A DNA stretch of 64,000 nt. Source: Escherichia coli. GTDB taxonomy: Bacteria > Pseudomonadota > Gammaproteobacteria > Enterobacterales > Enterobacteriaceae. The number at the start of each line of letters is the position of its first letter. Positions within the stretch are counted from its first letter, which is position 1. Below the pieces are notes generated by a model, which saw nothing but the letters and a program-made list of their open reading frames with translations, did not search any database and was not told the DNA's origin. The stretch lies in NCBI RefSeq assembly GCF_041886205.1, contig NZ_CP169029.1; one strand, written 5' to 3'. The position numbers were made by a program, and so were the translations under genes. Positions 47,122 to 58,500 of this stretch are shown piece after piece.

Positions 47122-47240
47122 TCATGAAGGCTGGATACACTTTGTTATCCGGCCATTGTGAATTAACGTTAATTTTTCTTCCAAATCTTTCCAGTAACGC
47201 TTTTATTATTTTCTATTTTTAGCTGGACTTTCCCTGTATT

Positions 47241-47260
47241 TACTGATGATATGTCCAGGT
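47241..47260. promoter_or_regulatory. LexA (SOS) box-like site upstream of symE: TACTGATGATATGTCCAGGT (CTG-N10-CAG core)
   Basis: CTG-N10-CAG core about 75 bp upstream of the symE ATG; symE is known to be LexA-regulated. Confidence 0.45.
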
Positions 47261-47299
47261 ATTTAGCGCGGTGCGGATGTGCGCCAACACACCCGCACC

Positions 47300-47376
47300 A
47301 CTCATCACAATCACTATTTTCAAGGAATAGCAGTTATGACTGACACGCATTTTATTGCACAACCGTTCGAAGCAGA
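47300..47376 (-). ncRNA. symR: expected location of the antisense sRNA SymR (antitoxin) overlapping the symE 5' end
   Basis: Placed from established knowledge that SymR is encoded antisense to the symE translation start; exact ends not verifiable from sequence alone. Confidence 0.3.
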
Positions 47377-47677
47377 AGTCTCCCCGGCAAATAACCGTCA
47401 ATTAACCGTGAGTTATGCGAGCCGCTACCCGGATTACAGCCGTATTCCCGCCATCACCCTGAAAGGTCAGTGGCTGGAAGCCGCCGGTTTTGCCACCGGC
47501 ACGGCGGTAGATGTCAAAGTAATGGAAGGCTGTATTGTCCTCACCGCCCAACAACCCGCCGCCGAAGAGAGCGAACTGATGCAGTCGCTGCGCCAGGTGT
47601 GCAAACTGTCGGCGCGTAAACAAAAGCAGGTGCAGGATTTTATTGGGGTGATTGCCGGTAAACAGAAAGTCGCCTGA
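47336..47677 (+). CDS. symE: SOS-induced toxin SymE (AbrB-fold endoribonuclease-like)
   Basis: Translation [72 protein letters not shown]... (113 aa) from ATG at 47336. Confidence 0.9.
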   Translation: MTDTHFIAQPFEAEVSPANNRQLTVSYASRYPDYSRIPAITLKGQWLEAAGFATGTAVDVKVMEGCIVLTAQQPAAEESELMQSLRQVCKLSARKQKQVQDFIGVIAGKQKVA

Positions 47678-47685
47678 TAAATTGA

Positions 47686-47709
47686 CCCGGTAGCGCCAGT
47701 GCTACCGGG
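47686..47709. terminator. bidirectional hairpin terminator between convergent symE and the DUF262 gene
   Basis: Stem CCCGGTAGC / GCTACCGGG with 6-nt loop, 9 nt after the symE stop and 15 nt after the minus-strand gene stop. Confidence 0.55.
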
Positions 47710-47723
47710 TATTATTCGCCACG

Positions 47724-49817
47724 TTATACCAACGCGCTCTCCATCTGTTTTTCAAATGCCTGACGAATTAATCCCATAATGTAAGGAAGTTGTGCGAGGT
47801 CGCTGAAACCAATTTCCACATCACCATTACCCCAGCGCCCAATATTTGTCACATCTTTGGCAATACCTTTCGGATCGACCAGTTCATGAAACTGCATATT
47901 AAGCGACAATCGCAGTCGGCTTTTTTGCGGCACAACATCAACAAAATTCGTTTCAGCTTTAAACGCAATATACAGCTTTAAAACTTCCTGCGTGATCCCT
48001 GCGTCCAGGCGCATAACTTCATCGCGAAGATGATCGAATAACACCCGGCTATGCGAACCATCAGCAAGAAAAGGATAATCACTCAGGCTGTAACTGGTTT
48101 TGTTTTCTGGCTGCCCCCGATAAACAGCTAAAACCTCTTCAGAAAGAGAAGGCGCTTGCCAGACCTGAACCGCGAGATCGGCCAGACGATCGGCTCGGGC
48201 GTGAATGGCGGCTTCATCCCATTTTTCGCACTGTCCAAGACCGATATTCAAATAAAGCGGGCTATGTTTAAAGCCATCTTCAATATCGCGTTTTTCCGCG
48301 AAAGGTCTGTCACTGTAGCGGGAGTTATAGCGCGTTAAAGTGAGATTCCCCAACGTATGTAACAGTTCTTTATGCACACGCTGCCAGTCGCTTCCCAGCT
48401 CTTCACGCCATTTAGCCGACAGATTTTCGTTCTGCGGCATAATGTGCTCAATCGTAAACTCTTCCACGCGCTCTCTGCGTTTATCGTTTTCCAGTCGTCG
48501 TAACCAGTAGCTGCGGCTGCGGAAGTTATAGAGATCGCGCACTTTTAATTCCCGTTTAAATTCATCATCGTTGGGGAAACGACGATATGAAGGCAGGTTC
48601 ATAAAATGTACCTGAATACTTTCCAGATATTTTTCTTTATTAATGACCTTATAAAAAGTGGCAAACGTCTTGTTAAGAGAATTCGTCGGAATCGCACATA
48701 CTGCACGGCGGAAAACATAAGATTCAATTAAACGAATTATGCTCAGGAAATCTTCGTGAGACAAATCGTCATTTTTATAGTCATGATAAAGCGCCAGTAA
48801 GAAAGGATACGCCACATCAACCTTTAACTCGCGCAAATCCTGAAAAGCCGTAGCAAGCGATTTGTCACTTTCTTTTCCCAATGCCATTGCACAGTAATAC
48901 TCCGCGTAGATATGAATATCTTCAACCAGCCGATCTACGCCTTTTTCAGCAACACTCTGGCTGCGGGCATGGAGTTTAAATGCCTCATAGACTTCATCTG
49001 TCCGAGGGATCTCCCCCGTTTTTACCGTCAGATAATGACGCATAAAACTGTCAAAATATTCGCTGTAACCTTGCTGACCAAAGGCGACTTCCATTGGACG
49101 CCAGTGATCTTCATACAACCGGGTTTGATGCTCTGGTTCGAGACCCATCAGAATAAAATTGCGCACCAGATCGGCCTGACTTAACGCCTTACCGGTGGAG
49201 TTCATACTTTCAAAAATCAGTTGCGGATTATCCTGACCACGATTAAGCGCCACATCGACAATTAATAACTTTGCTAACCCTCGACATAAGGGAATCAAGT
49301 CATCCCCGAGTTTGGCAATTTGCTCATCAAAGAAAGTAAAGTTTTCCATTATTCGATGGGAATAGTTTTCTGGCATTGGTCTTTGTTTTATTAACGCCAG
49401 CAAACTGTCTTTATCAGTCTCGGTCAGCAGTAATTTAAAACCTTTCTCGCCGGACTCATAAGGATTGAGCAAATAATAATTACGCAATTTCATTGCCGAA
49501 AAGCCATCAAAAACTTCGTCTTCGCCAAGATGGCGCGATAAAGCCTCAATCAGCAACATTGCGGTCGTCAGCCGCTGCTGACCATCAATGACCAGCAACG
49601 GAGAAATACCAGAAACCTGATACAACCCCTGCTCAATATAAACAACCGAACCGATAAAATGCGCTGATATATCGTCACGCTTTCCGGCACGAATGATGTC
49701 GTCCCAAAGTTGCCGACATTGTTGCCCGGTCCATGAATAGGTGCGTTGATAAATGGGAATAACAAACTGCTGCGAACGTTTTAAAAAATCGAGTAGGCGG
49801 GCTTCTGTAGCTTTCAT
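47724..49817 (-). CDS. DUF262/DUF1524 (GmrSD/BrxU-like) putative type IV restriction endonuclease with an extra C-terminal module
   Basis: 697 aa. N-terminal ParB/DUF262 signatures IPIYQRTYSW and DGQQRLTT; His-Me finger-like segment EHIMPQ...LGNLTLT; about 120-aa C-terminal extension (YIAFKAETNFVDVVPQKSRLRLSLN...). Sits where K-12 has mcrBC. Confidence 0.75.
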   Translation of the reverse strand: MKATEARLLDFLKRSQQFVIPIYQRTYSWTGQQCRQLWDDIIRAGKRDDISAHFIGSVVYIEQGLYQVSGISPLLVIDGQQRLTTAMLLIEALSRHLGEDEVFDGFSAMKLRNYYLLNPYESGEKGFKLLLTETDKDSLLALIKQRPMPENYSHRIMENFTFFDEQIAKLGDDLIPLCRGLAKLLIVDVALNRGQDNPQLIFESMNSTGKALSQADLVRNFILMGLEPEHQTRLYEDHWRPMEVAFGQQGYSEYFDSFMRHYLTVKTGEIPRTDEVYEAFKLHARSQSVAEKGVDRLVEDIHIYAEYYCAMALGKESDKSLATAFQDLRELKVDVAYPFLLALYHDYKNDDLSHEDFLSIIRLIESYVFRRAVCAIPTNSLNKTFATFYKVINKEKYLESIQVHFMNLPSYRRFPNDDEFKRELKVRDLYNFRSRSYWLRRLENDKRRERVEEFTIEHIMPQNENLSAKWREELGSDWQRVHKELLHTLGNLTLTRYNSRYSDRPFAEKRDIEDGFKHSPLYLNIGLGQCEKWDEAAIHARADRLADLAVQVWQAPSLSEEVLAVYRGQPENKTSYSLSDYPFLADGSHSRVLFDHLRDEVMRLDAGITQEVLKLYIAFKAETNFVDVVPQKSRLRLSLNMQFHELVDPKGIAKDVTNIGRWGNGDVEIGFSDLAQLPYIMGLIRQAFEKQMESALV

Positions 49818-49913
49818 TCTGACGTCTTTCCGTGAAGCGATGATTTCGCAATAATAACCGCTTCCTTGTGGAGGTTATAGAGAAATCCTGTTTATCCGCG
49901 ATGAATTGCCCCC

Positions 49914-50078
49914 TCACTCCACATCCTCCCTACGTAACCCAATATCCCTCAACCGCTCATCACTCATCTGCTGTAACACTCGTCGGGTCTGCATTTGCCG
50001 CCGCCAACGCCTCACCGCCTGCCAGAGTTGCACAAGTCTGATAAACGGCGTTTTGGCTTTGTTTTCGTGAAATTCCAT
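49914..50078 (-). CDS. yjiS: small DUF1127 protein YjiS
   Basis: 54-aa ORF (too short for the ORF track) MEFHENKAKTPFIRLVQLWQAVRRWRRQMQTRRVLQQMSDERLRDIGLRREDVE with GAGGAGG RBS 7 nt upstream. Confidence 0.7.
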   Translation of the reverse strand: MEFHENKAKTPFIRLVQLWQAVRRWRRQMQTRRVLQQMSDERLRDIGLRREDVE

Positions 50079-50254
50079 CTGCTGCCTCCTCATCTTTCAG
50101 AGGCTTCATCATCCGCCTTCTGGCAGTTCACAATACAGATGCAAATATTAGTTTTATTTAACATACAGACAGGTTAAAACAGCATCTGCATCCGGTTTTT
50201 TAGCCTCATCTGTACCGGTTTTTCTTTCTGTATGGGCCAAATAAGGAATACAGC

Positions 50255-51667
50255 ATGACGCGTTATCAACATCTGGCGACTCTACTTGCCGAGCGGATTG
50301 AGCAAGGGCTGTATCGTCACGGGGAGAAATTGCCGTCGGTGCGCAGCTTAAGTCAGGAGCACGGCGTCAGCATCAGCACCGTGCAACAGGCGTATCAGAC
50401 GCTGGAAACGATGAGGCTCATCACTCCGCAGCCGCGTTCGGGTTATTTTGTCGCACAACGTAAAGCCCAGCCGCCTGTACCGCCGATGACGCGTCCGGTG
50501 CAGCGCCCGGTGGAAATTACCCAGTGGGATCAGGTGCTGGATATGCTGGAGGCGCATAGCGACAGTTCCATTGTTCCGTTAAGCAAAAGCACGCCGGATG
50601 TCGAAACGCCCAGCCTGAAACCGCTGTGGCGGGAGCTAAGCCGGGTGGTGCAGCATAATCTACAAACCGTTCTCGGTTATGACTTGTTAGCCGGTCAGCG
50701 AGTGTTGCGAGAGCAGATTGCCCGCCTGATGCTCGACAGCGGCTCGGTGGTCACCGCCGATGACATCATCATCACCAGCGGCTGCCATAACTCGATGTCG
50801 CTGGCGTTAATGGCGGTGTGTAAACCGGGCGATATTGTCGCGGTCGAATCCCCCTGTTATTACGGTTCGATGCAGATGCTGCGCGGCATGGGCGTGAAAG
50901 TGATTGAAATCCCAACCGATCCAGAAACTGGCATCAGCGTCGAAGCGCTGGAACTGGCGCTGGAACAGTGGCCGATTAAAGGCATCATTCTGGTGCCAAA
51001 CTGTAATAATCCGCTGGGATTTATTATGCCGGACGCACGCAAACGGGCCGTTCTCTCTCTCGCTCAGCGTCATGATATTGTGATTTTTGAAGATGATGTC
51101 TACGGCGAACTGGCAACGGAGTATCCGCGCCCGCGGACCATCCATTCATGGGATATCGACGGGCGAGTGTTGTTGTGCAGCTCGTTCAGTAAAAGTATTG
51201 CTCCAGGCCTGCGCGTGGGTTGGGTCGCACCGGGGCGTTATCACGATAAACTGCTGCATATGAAATACGCCATCAGCAGCTTTAATGTGCCGTCCACGCA
51301 AATGGCGGCGGCAACGTTTGTGCTGGAAGGTCACTATCATCGCCATATCCGGCGGATGCGGCAGACTTATCAGCGCAATCTGGCGCTTTATACCTGCTGG
51401 ATACGGGAATATTTTCCCTGCGAAATCTGTATTACGCGCCCGAAAGGCGGATTTTTACTGTGGATCGAATTGCCTGAACAGGTCGATATGGTTTGCGTTG
51501 CGCGGCAGCTGTGCCGCATGAAAATCCAGGTGGCGGCAGGCTCGATTTTCTCGGCTTCCGGCAAATATCGTAATTGTCTGCGCATCAACTGCGCTTTGCC
51601 GCTCAGCGAAACCTATCGCGAAGCACTGAAGCAAATTGGCGAAGCCGTGTATCGGGCAATGGAATGA
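50255..51667 (+). CDS. yjiR: MocR-like regulator YjiR (GntR HTH fused to PLP aminotransferase fold)
   Basis: 470-aa ORF with N-terminal HTH (LPSVRSLSQEHGVSISTVQQAYQTLE) and aminotransferase-like C-terminal domain. Confidence 0.88.
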   Translation: MTRYQHLATLLAERIEQGLYRHGEKLPSVRSLSQEHGVSISTVQQAYQTLETMRLITPQPRSGYFVAQRKAQPPVPPMTRPVQRPVEITQWDQVLDMLEAHSDSSIVPLSKSTPDVETPSLKPLWRELSRVVQHNLQTVLGYDLLAGQRVLREQIARLMLDSGSVVTADDIIITSGCHNSMSLALMAVCKPGDIVAVESPCYYGSMQMLRGMGVKVIEIPTDPETGISVEALELALEQWPIKGIILVPNCNNPLGFIMPDARKRAVLSLAQRHDIVIFEDDVYGELATEYPRPRTIHSWDIDGRVLLCSSFSKSIAPGLRVGWVAPGRYHDKLLHMKYAISSFNVPSTQMAAATFVLEGHYHRHIRRMRQTYQRNLALYTCWIREYFPCEICITRPKGGFLLWIELPEQVDMVCVARQLCRMKIQVAAGSIFSASGKYRNCLRINCALPLSETYREALKQIGEAVYRAME

Positions 51668-51783
51668 ATTCGAAATAGTGGCGAAGCACCTGATTTACTC
51701 TCAAGAATCGCCTGTAACTCGTTTTATCTTTATAGCGACATCGCCACGTTCCGGCATGGCTTAGGCAAAGTGCGCTTTGTTCA

Positions 51784-51885
51784 TGCCGGATGCCATGTGA
51801 ACGCCTTACCAGGTCTACAAAATCTTTAAAGTTCAATATATTTAATGGGTTATGTAGACCTGATAAGCGTAGCGCATCAGGCTGC
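51784..51885. repeat. REP element pair (BIME) downstream of yjiR
   Basis: GCCGGATGCCATGTGAACGCCTTACCAGGTCTACAA and inverted copy GTAGACCTGATAAGCGTAGCGCATCAGGC. Confidence 0.6.
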
Positions 51886-51909
51886 TTTGCGTTTGTCATC
51901 AGTCTCTGA

Positions 51910-52866
51910 TTAGTACTCGATCCATGGATCGCGCTTGCTTTCAGGCAAGGGCTGATCTAATGCCTGCATTTGCTCTGCCGAAAGTCCGGTATATCGTTGT
52001 ATCCATTCAGGATCGGCCCCATTCTGCAACAACAATCGGAGGAGGCTCCGTTCCCCTTCTACTTTCCCTTCTTTCCTCCCCCTCTCCCTTCCCAACAGCC
52101 ATCCATCATTATGAATTCGCTCTGCAATTGTCATTATTCGCTCCCTGTGGTGTGGCATTCGCCTGGTAAGTTCGCTGATAAACGCCTTAAAACGCGCTTC
52201 ATCGCCAGTCAGTAAAATGTAATTTAACAGCGCAGTTATCTGGCTGTCATTAGCACACTCTGTAACCAGTAATACTACCAGTTGATCGATAAGCTCCATC
52301 AGATCGCGCTGGCGAATATGCTTTTGGATCAACTCCAACAGAGCGACTCTGCGATGCTGCACAATCACGTCGTCTGGCACGACAGTGATATCCACCAGCG
52401 GGAACGCGGCGGTATAAAGCTTCCGTGCGGTAGTCGGGTCGGCAAATTCGTCCAGCCAGCACAGGGACCAGGGATAAGGACTACGGCTACCGTGATAAAA
52501 CAGCATCGGGATGACCAGCGGTAGCGGCCGGCGTTTATCATGCTCAATATGGCGCTGCATCACCGCCATGGAATATCGCATCAGGCGAAAGGCCATATGA
52601 ATATCCTCACGGCTCTGATGTTCAATCACTACGTAAATATAACCACCACCTTCACGGGTCTTTACCGACCACAGAATATCGGAGTGTAGCGCCCGCAATT
52701 TTTCATCGACAAAGCTGGCGGATTCCAGTTTTAAACTGTCGAGATCGCACTGTTCACGTAAATCTTTAGGTAAGTGGATCTCCATAAAATCCCGCGCGGT
52801 GTCAGGGTGCATGAGAAAGGACTTAAATAATGCGTCATGCGGCGTGCTGGTCGTGAAGTTTGTCAT
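51910..52866 (-). CDS. rpnD: Rpn-family (YhgA-like, PD-(D/E)xK) recombination-promoting nuclease, apparently full length
   Basis: 318-aa [36 protein letters not shown]... at the yjiP/yjiQ position; the K-12 locus is split, from memory. Confidence 0.75.
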   Translation of the reverse strand: MTNFTTSTPHDALFKSFLMHPDTARDFMEIHLPKDLREQCDLDSLKLESASFVDEKLRALHSDILWSVKTREGGGYIYVVIEHQSREDIHMAFRLMRYSMAVMQRHIEHDKRRPLPLVIPMLFYHGSRSPYPWSLCWLDEFADPTTARKLYTAAFPLVDITVVPDDVIVQHRRVALLELIQKHIRQRDLMELIDQLVVLLVTECANDSQITALLNYILLTGDEARFKAFISELTRRMPHHRERIMTIAERIHNDGWLLGRERGRKEGKVEGERSLLRLLLQNGADPEWIQRYTGLSAEQMQALDQPLPESKRDPWIEY

Positions 52867-53332
52867 GGCGATCCGTCACCTGTAGATAAGATGGCCCGAC
52901 TGTAGCGACTAACAAAACCATTCTCACCCGGCAATTTCTCGTTCCCCGAGGTGCTTTCCAGGCTATTTTTGTTCCTCTGCAAACGATACATTTTTCCGGA
53001 AACAGGCTCGCGTTTTACATTTCCTGTACCCGGCAGATATTCCCCTTTCCACCGCGCTCTTTTGATTAACCGCAAATTTTAATTACACTTAAGGTGTATA
53101 TTTTCTATGCAACCCATCAATTAAAGAGGTGTAATGTGCTGATGACTATTTGTAATCGTTATACATTCTGACCTGGAGTCAGAAGGTATTTCTCTGTCTG
53201 TGTGTTCACAGGCAGTGTGGTTGATTACATGAAATTCAGTACATTTGTCCTTCTCGCCTGCCCTTCGTCATTACCGACGGTATTGAATTTCGTTTTCCCC
53301 GTTGGGGTTCTCCGGACAAGGAGTTGTTTGTT

Positions 53333-54565
53333 ATGCCACGTTTTTTTGCCCGCCATGCCGCCACGCTGTTTTTCCCGATGGCGTTGATTTTGTATGACTT
53401 TGCCGCGTACCTGTCGACGGATCTGATCCAGCCGGGGATCATTAATGTGGTCCGTGATTTTAATGCCGATGTCAGTCTGGCCCCGGCAGCCGTCAGTCTC
53501 TATCTCGCGGGCGGTATGGCGTTACAGTGGCTGCTGGGGCCGCTTTCCGACAGGATTGGCCGCAGGCCGGTGCTGATTACCGGGGCGCTAATATTTACCC
53601 TTGCCTGCGCTGCGACAATGTTCACAACGTCTATGACACAGTTTCTTATCGCGCGTGCAATTCAGGGCACCAGTATCTGTTTTATTGCCACCGTTGGTTA
53701 TGTCACGGTGCAGGAGGCGTTCGGCCAGACAAAAGGGATCAAGTTGATGGCGATTATCACCTCCATCGTACTGATAGCGCCGATTATTGGCCCGCTTTCC
53801 GGCGCAGCTCTGATGCACTTTGTGCACTGGAAAGTCCTTTTTGCCATCATTGCAGTTATGGGTTTTATCTCATTTGTTGGCTTACTGCTGGCGATGCCAG
53901 AGACGGTGAAGCGCGGCGCGGTTCCATTTAGCGCCAAAAGCGTCTTGCGCGATTTTCGTAATGTCTTTTGCAATCGGCTGTTCCTCTTTGGCGCAGGAAC
54001 CATCTCTTTAAGCTATATCCCAATGATGAGTTGGGTGGCTGTCTCGCCGGTGATCCTGATCGACGCGGGCGGCTTAACAACTTCGCAGTTCGCCTGGACA
54101 CAGGTTCCGGTGTTCGGCGCGGTGATTGTCGCGAATGCCATCGTGGCGCGATTTATCAAAGATCCGACCGAACCGCGCTTTATCTGGCGTGCTATACCCA
54201 TTCAACTGGTCGGCCTCGCGCTGTTGATTATCGGCAATCTGCTGTCACCGCACGTCTGGCTGTGGTCGGTGCTGGGCACCAGTTTGTATGCTTTCGGGAT
54301 TGGTTTGATCTTCCCGACCTTATTCCGCTTTACGCTGTTTTCCAATAACTTACCGAAAGGGACCGTCTCCGCATCGCTGAATATGGTGATCCTGATGGTG
54401 ATGTCTGTCTCGGTCGAAATCGGTCGCTGGCTGTGGTTTAACGGCGGTCGCTTGCCGTTTCATCTATTAGCCGTCGTGGCGGGCGTTATCGTCGTTTTCA
54501 CCCTGGCGGGATTGCTTAATCGCGTGCGCCAACATCAGGCTGCCGAGCTGGCGGAGGAGCGGTGA
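53333..54565 (+). CDS. mdtM: MFS multidrug efflux transporter MdtM
   Basis: Translation [36 protein letters not shown]... (410 aa) from ATG at 53333. Confidence 0.9.
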   Translation: MPRFFARHAATLFFPMALILYDFAAYLSTDLIQPGIINVVRDFNADVSLAPAAVSLYLAGGMALQWLLGPLSDRIGRRPVLITGALIFTLACAATMFTTSMTQFLIARAIQGTSICFIATVGYVTVQEAFGQTKGIKLMAIITSIVLIAPIIGPLSGAALMHFVHWKVLFAIIAVMGFISFVGLLLAMPETVKRGAVPFSAKSVLRDFRNVFCNRLFLFGAGTISLSYIPMMSWVAVSPVILIDAGGLTTSQFAWTQVPVFGAVIVANAIVARFIKDPTEPRFIWRAIPIQLVGLALLIIGNLLSPHVWLWSVLGTSLYAFGIGLIFPTLFRFTLFSNNLPKGTVSASLNMVILMVMSVSVEIGRWLWFNGGRLPFHLLAVVAGVIVVFTLAGLLNRVRQHQAAELAEER

Positions 54566-54605
54566 TTTTTGCGCGATCCTGCCGTCAGGCTCTATTCTTA
54601 ACGTT

Positions 54606-55886
54606 ATGAATAAACTCATTGAACTCAGACGCGCCAAAATGTTGGCGCTCTCTTTACTGCTTATCGCCGCTGCTACCTTTGTCGTTACGCTGTTTTTGCC
54701 ACCCAATTTTTGGGTGAGCGGCGTGAAGGCGATTGCTGAAGCGGCGATGGTCGGCGCGCTGGCGGACTGGTTTGCGGTGGTGGCGCTGTTTCGCCGCGTG
54801 CCAATTCCGATCATTTCTCGTCATACGGCGATTATCCCGCGTAATAAAGACCGGATTGGCGAAAATCTCGGTCAGTTCGTGCAGGAAAAATTTCTCGATA
54901 CCCAGTCGCTGGTGGCATTGATTCGACGTCACGAACCGGCGTTGTTGATTGGCAACTGGTTTAGTCAGCCGGAGAACGCCCGCCGCGTTGGTCAGCATCT
55001 GTTGCAGATCATGAGCGGTTTTCTTGAACTGACCGATGATGCACGTATTCAGCGCCTGCTTAAGCGCGCGGTCCATCGGGCGATTGATAAGGTCGATCTT
55101 TCCGGAACCAGTGCGTTGATGCTGGAGAGTATGACCAAAAACGATCGTCATCAGGTGCTGCTCGATACGCTGATCGCACAGTTGATCGCCCTTCTCCAGC
55201 GCGATAAATCGCGCAAGTTTATTGCCCAGCAAATTGTTCGCTGGCTGGAGAGCGAGCATCCGCTGAAAGCCAAAATTTTGCCTACTGAATGGCTGGGCGA
55301 ACATAGCGCGGAGTTGGTTTCTGACGCGGTGAATTCTTTGCTTGATGATATCAGCCGCGATCGTGCGCATCAGATCCGTCATGCGTTTGATCGCGCCACT
55401 TTTGCCCTGATCGACAAGCTGAAAAACGATCCGGAAATGGCAGCGCGAGCCGATGCCGTAAAAAGTTATCTGAAAGAAGATGAAGCTTTTAACCGCTATC
55501 TCAGTGAATTGTGGGGGGATTTACGGGAATGGCTGAAAGCGGATATCAACAGTGAAGATTCTCGTGTGAAAGAACGTATCGCGCGGGCGGGTCAATGGTT
55601 TGGCGAAACGTTAATTGCCGATGATGCCTTGCGGGCATCGTTAAATGGTCACCTGGAACAAGCCGCGCACCGCGTCGCGCCTGAGTTTTCCGCATTCCTG
55701 ACGCGCCACATCAGCGATACAGTAAAAAGCTGGGATGCTCGGGATATGTCGCGGCAAATCGAGTTAAATATCGGCAAAGATCTGCAGTTTATCCGTGTCA
55801 ACGGTACGCTGGTTGGCGGTTGTATTGGGCTAATTTTATATTTGTTGTCGCAGCTCCCGGCCTTGTTCCCCCTCGGCAATTTTTAG
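54606..55886 (+). CDS. yjiN: DUF445 inner membrane protein YjiN
   Basis: 426-aa [39 protein letters not shown]... Confidence 0.85.
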   Translation: MNKLIELRRAKMLALSLLLIAAATFVVTLFLPPNFWVSGVKAIAEAAMVGALADWFAVVALFRRVPIPIISRHTAIIPRNKDRIGENLGQFVQEKFLDTQSLVALIRRHEPALLIGNWFSQPENARRVGQHLLQIMSGFLELTDDARIQRLLKRAVHRAIDKVDLSGTSALMLESMTKNDRHQVLLDTLIAQLIALLQRDKSRKFIAQQIVRWLESEHPLKAKILPTEWLGEHSAELVSDAVNSLLDDISRDRAHQIRHAFDRATFALIDKLKNDPEMAARADAVKSYLKEDEAFNRYLSELWGDLREWLKADINSEDSRVKERIARAGQWFGETLIADDALRASLNGHLEQAAHRVAPEFSAFLTRHISDTVKSWDARDMSRQIELNIGKDLQFIRVNGTLVGGCIGLILYLLSQLPALFPLGNF

Positions 55887-56001
55887 AAATCCATGAAAAA
55901 CTAAGTGGCTAACCGCGAGAGAGATCAAATAAAACACACTAAAAGAATGGTAATAATGTGGCCTCTTTTCATTATCTCCCGTGGTACGGGGAAGGAAAAT
56001 C

Positions 56002-57926
<1,925 letters not shown>

Positions 57927-57930
<4 letters not shown>

Positions 57931-58181
57931 AAGAGTTTTTATTTTTATTTCACTCCACAGTCGGCGTCATACAAACCCGCAAAGCGTTGCAGGCAGCGGG
58001 CATGACTTTTCGCGTCAGCGATATTCCCCGTGATTTACGCGGCGGCTGCGGGTTATGCATTTGGCTGACCTGTCAGCCCGGCGAGGAAATACAATGGGTG
58101 ATCCCTGGGCAGACCGAAGCGATATATTGCCAGCAGGGCAGCGACTGGCTGTGCGTGGTGCATTACGATGCAGAAGCGTGA
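57927..58181 (+). CDS. small DUF3343-like protein translationally coupled to yjiL
   Basis: 84-aa ORF MKEFLFLFHSTVGVIQTRKALQAAGMTFRVSDIPRDLRGGCGLCIWL... whose ATG overlaps the yjiL stop (ATGA). Confidence 0.6.
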
Positions 58182-58500
58182 ACCAGGTAATAAGACCTTT
58201 AAATATAACGCCCGGATAATTGGCTGCGTATAATCCTGCATGAAGGAAGTTGTATAAACTATCTCGCTTGCCGTGAAATATTTCCCGTCCACAAAATGAG
58301 CGATTTTTGATAGCACCTTGCTATTGCGCGTCTAAAATACAATAAACATTGTATTATACTTAAAACATAATTATGCATAGAGAAATAAAATGATTACCGG
58401 GTGTGGTAATGATAAAGATAAGTTTCAGTGTGAAGATTATCTTTACCCCCCATGATTATTTTAGATTTAGAAGAACATTTCACAATTCAAGGATAAAAAT

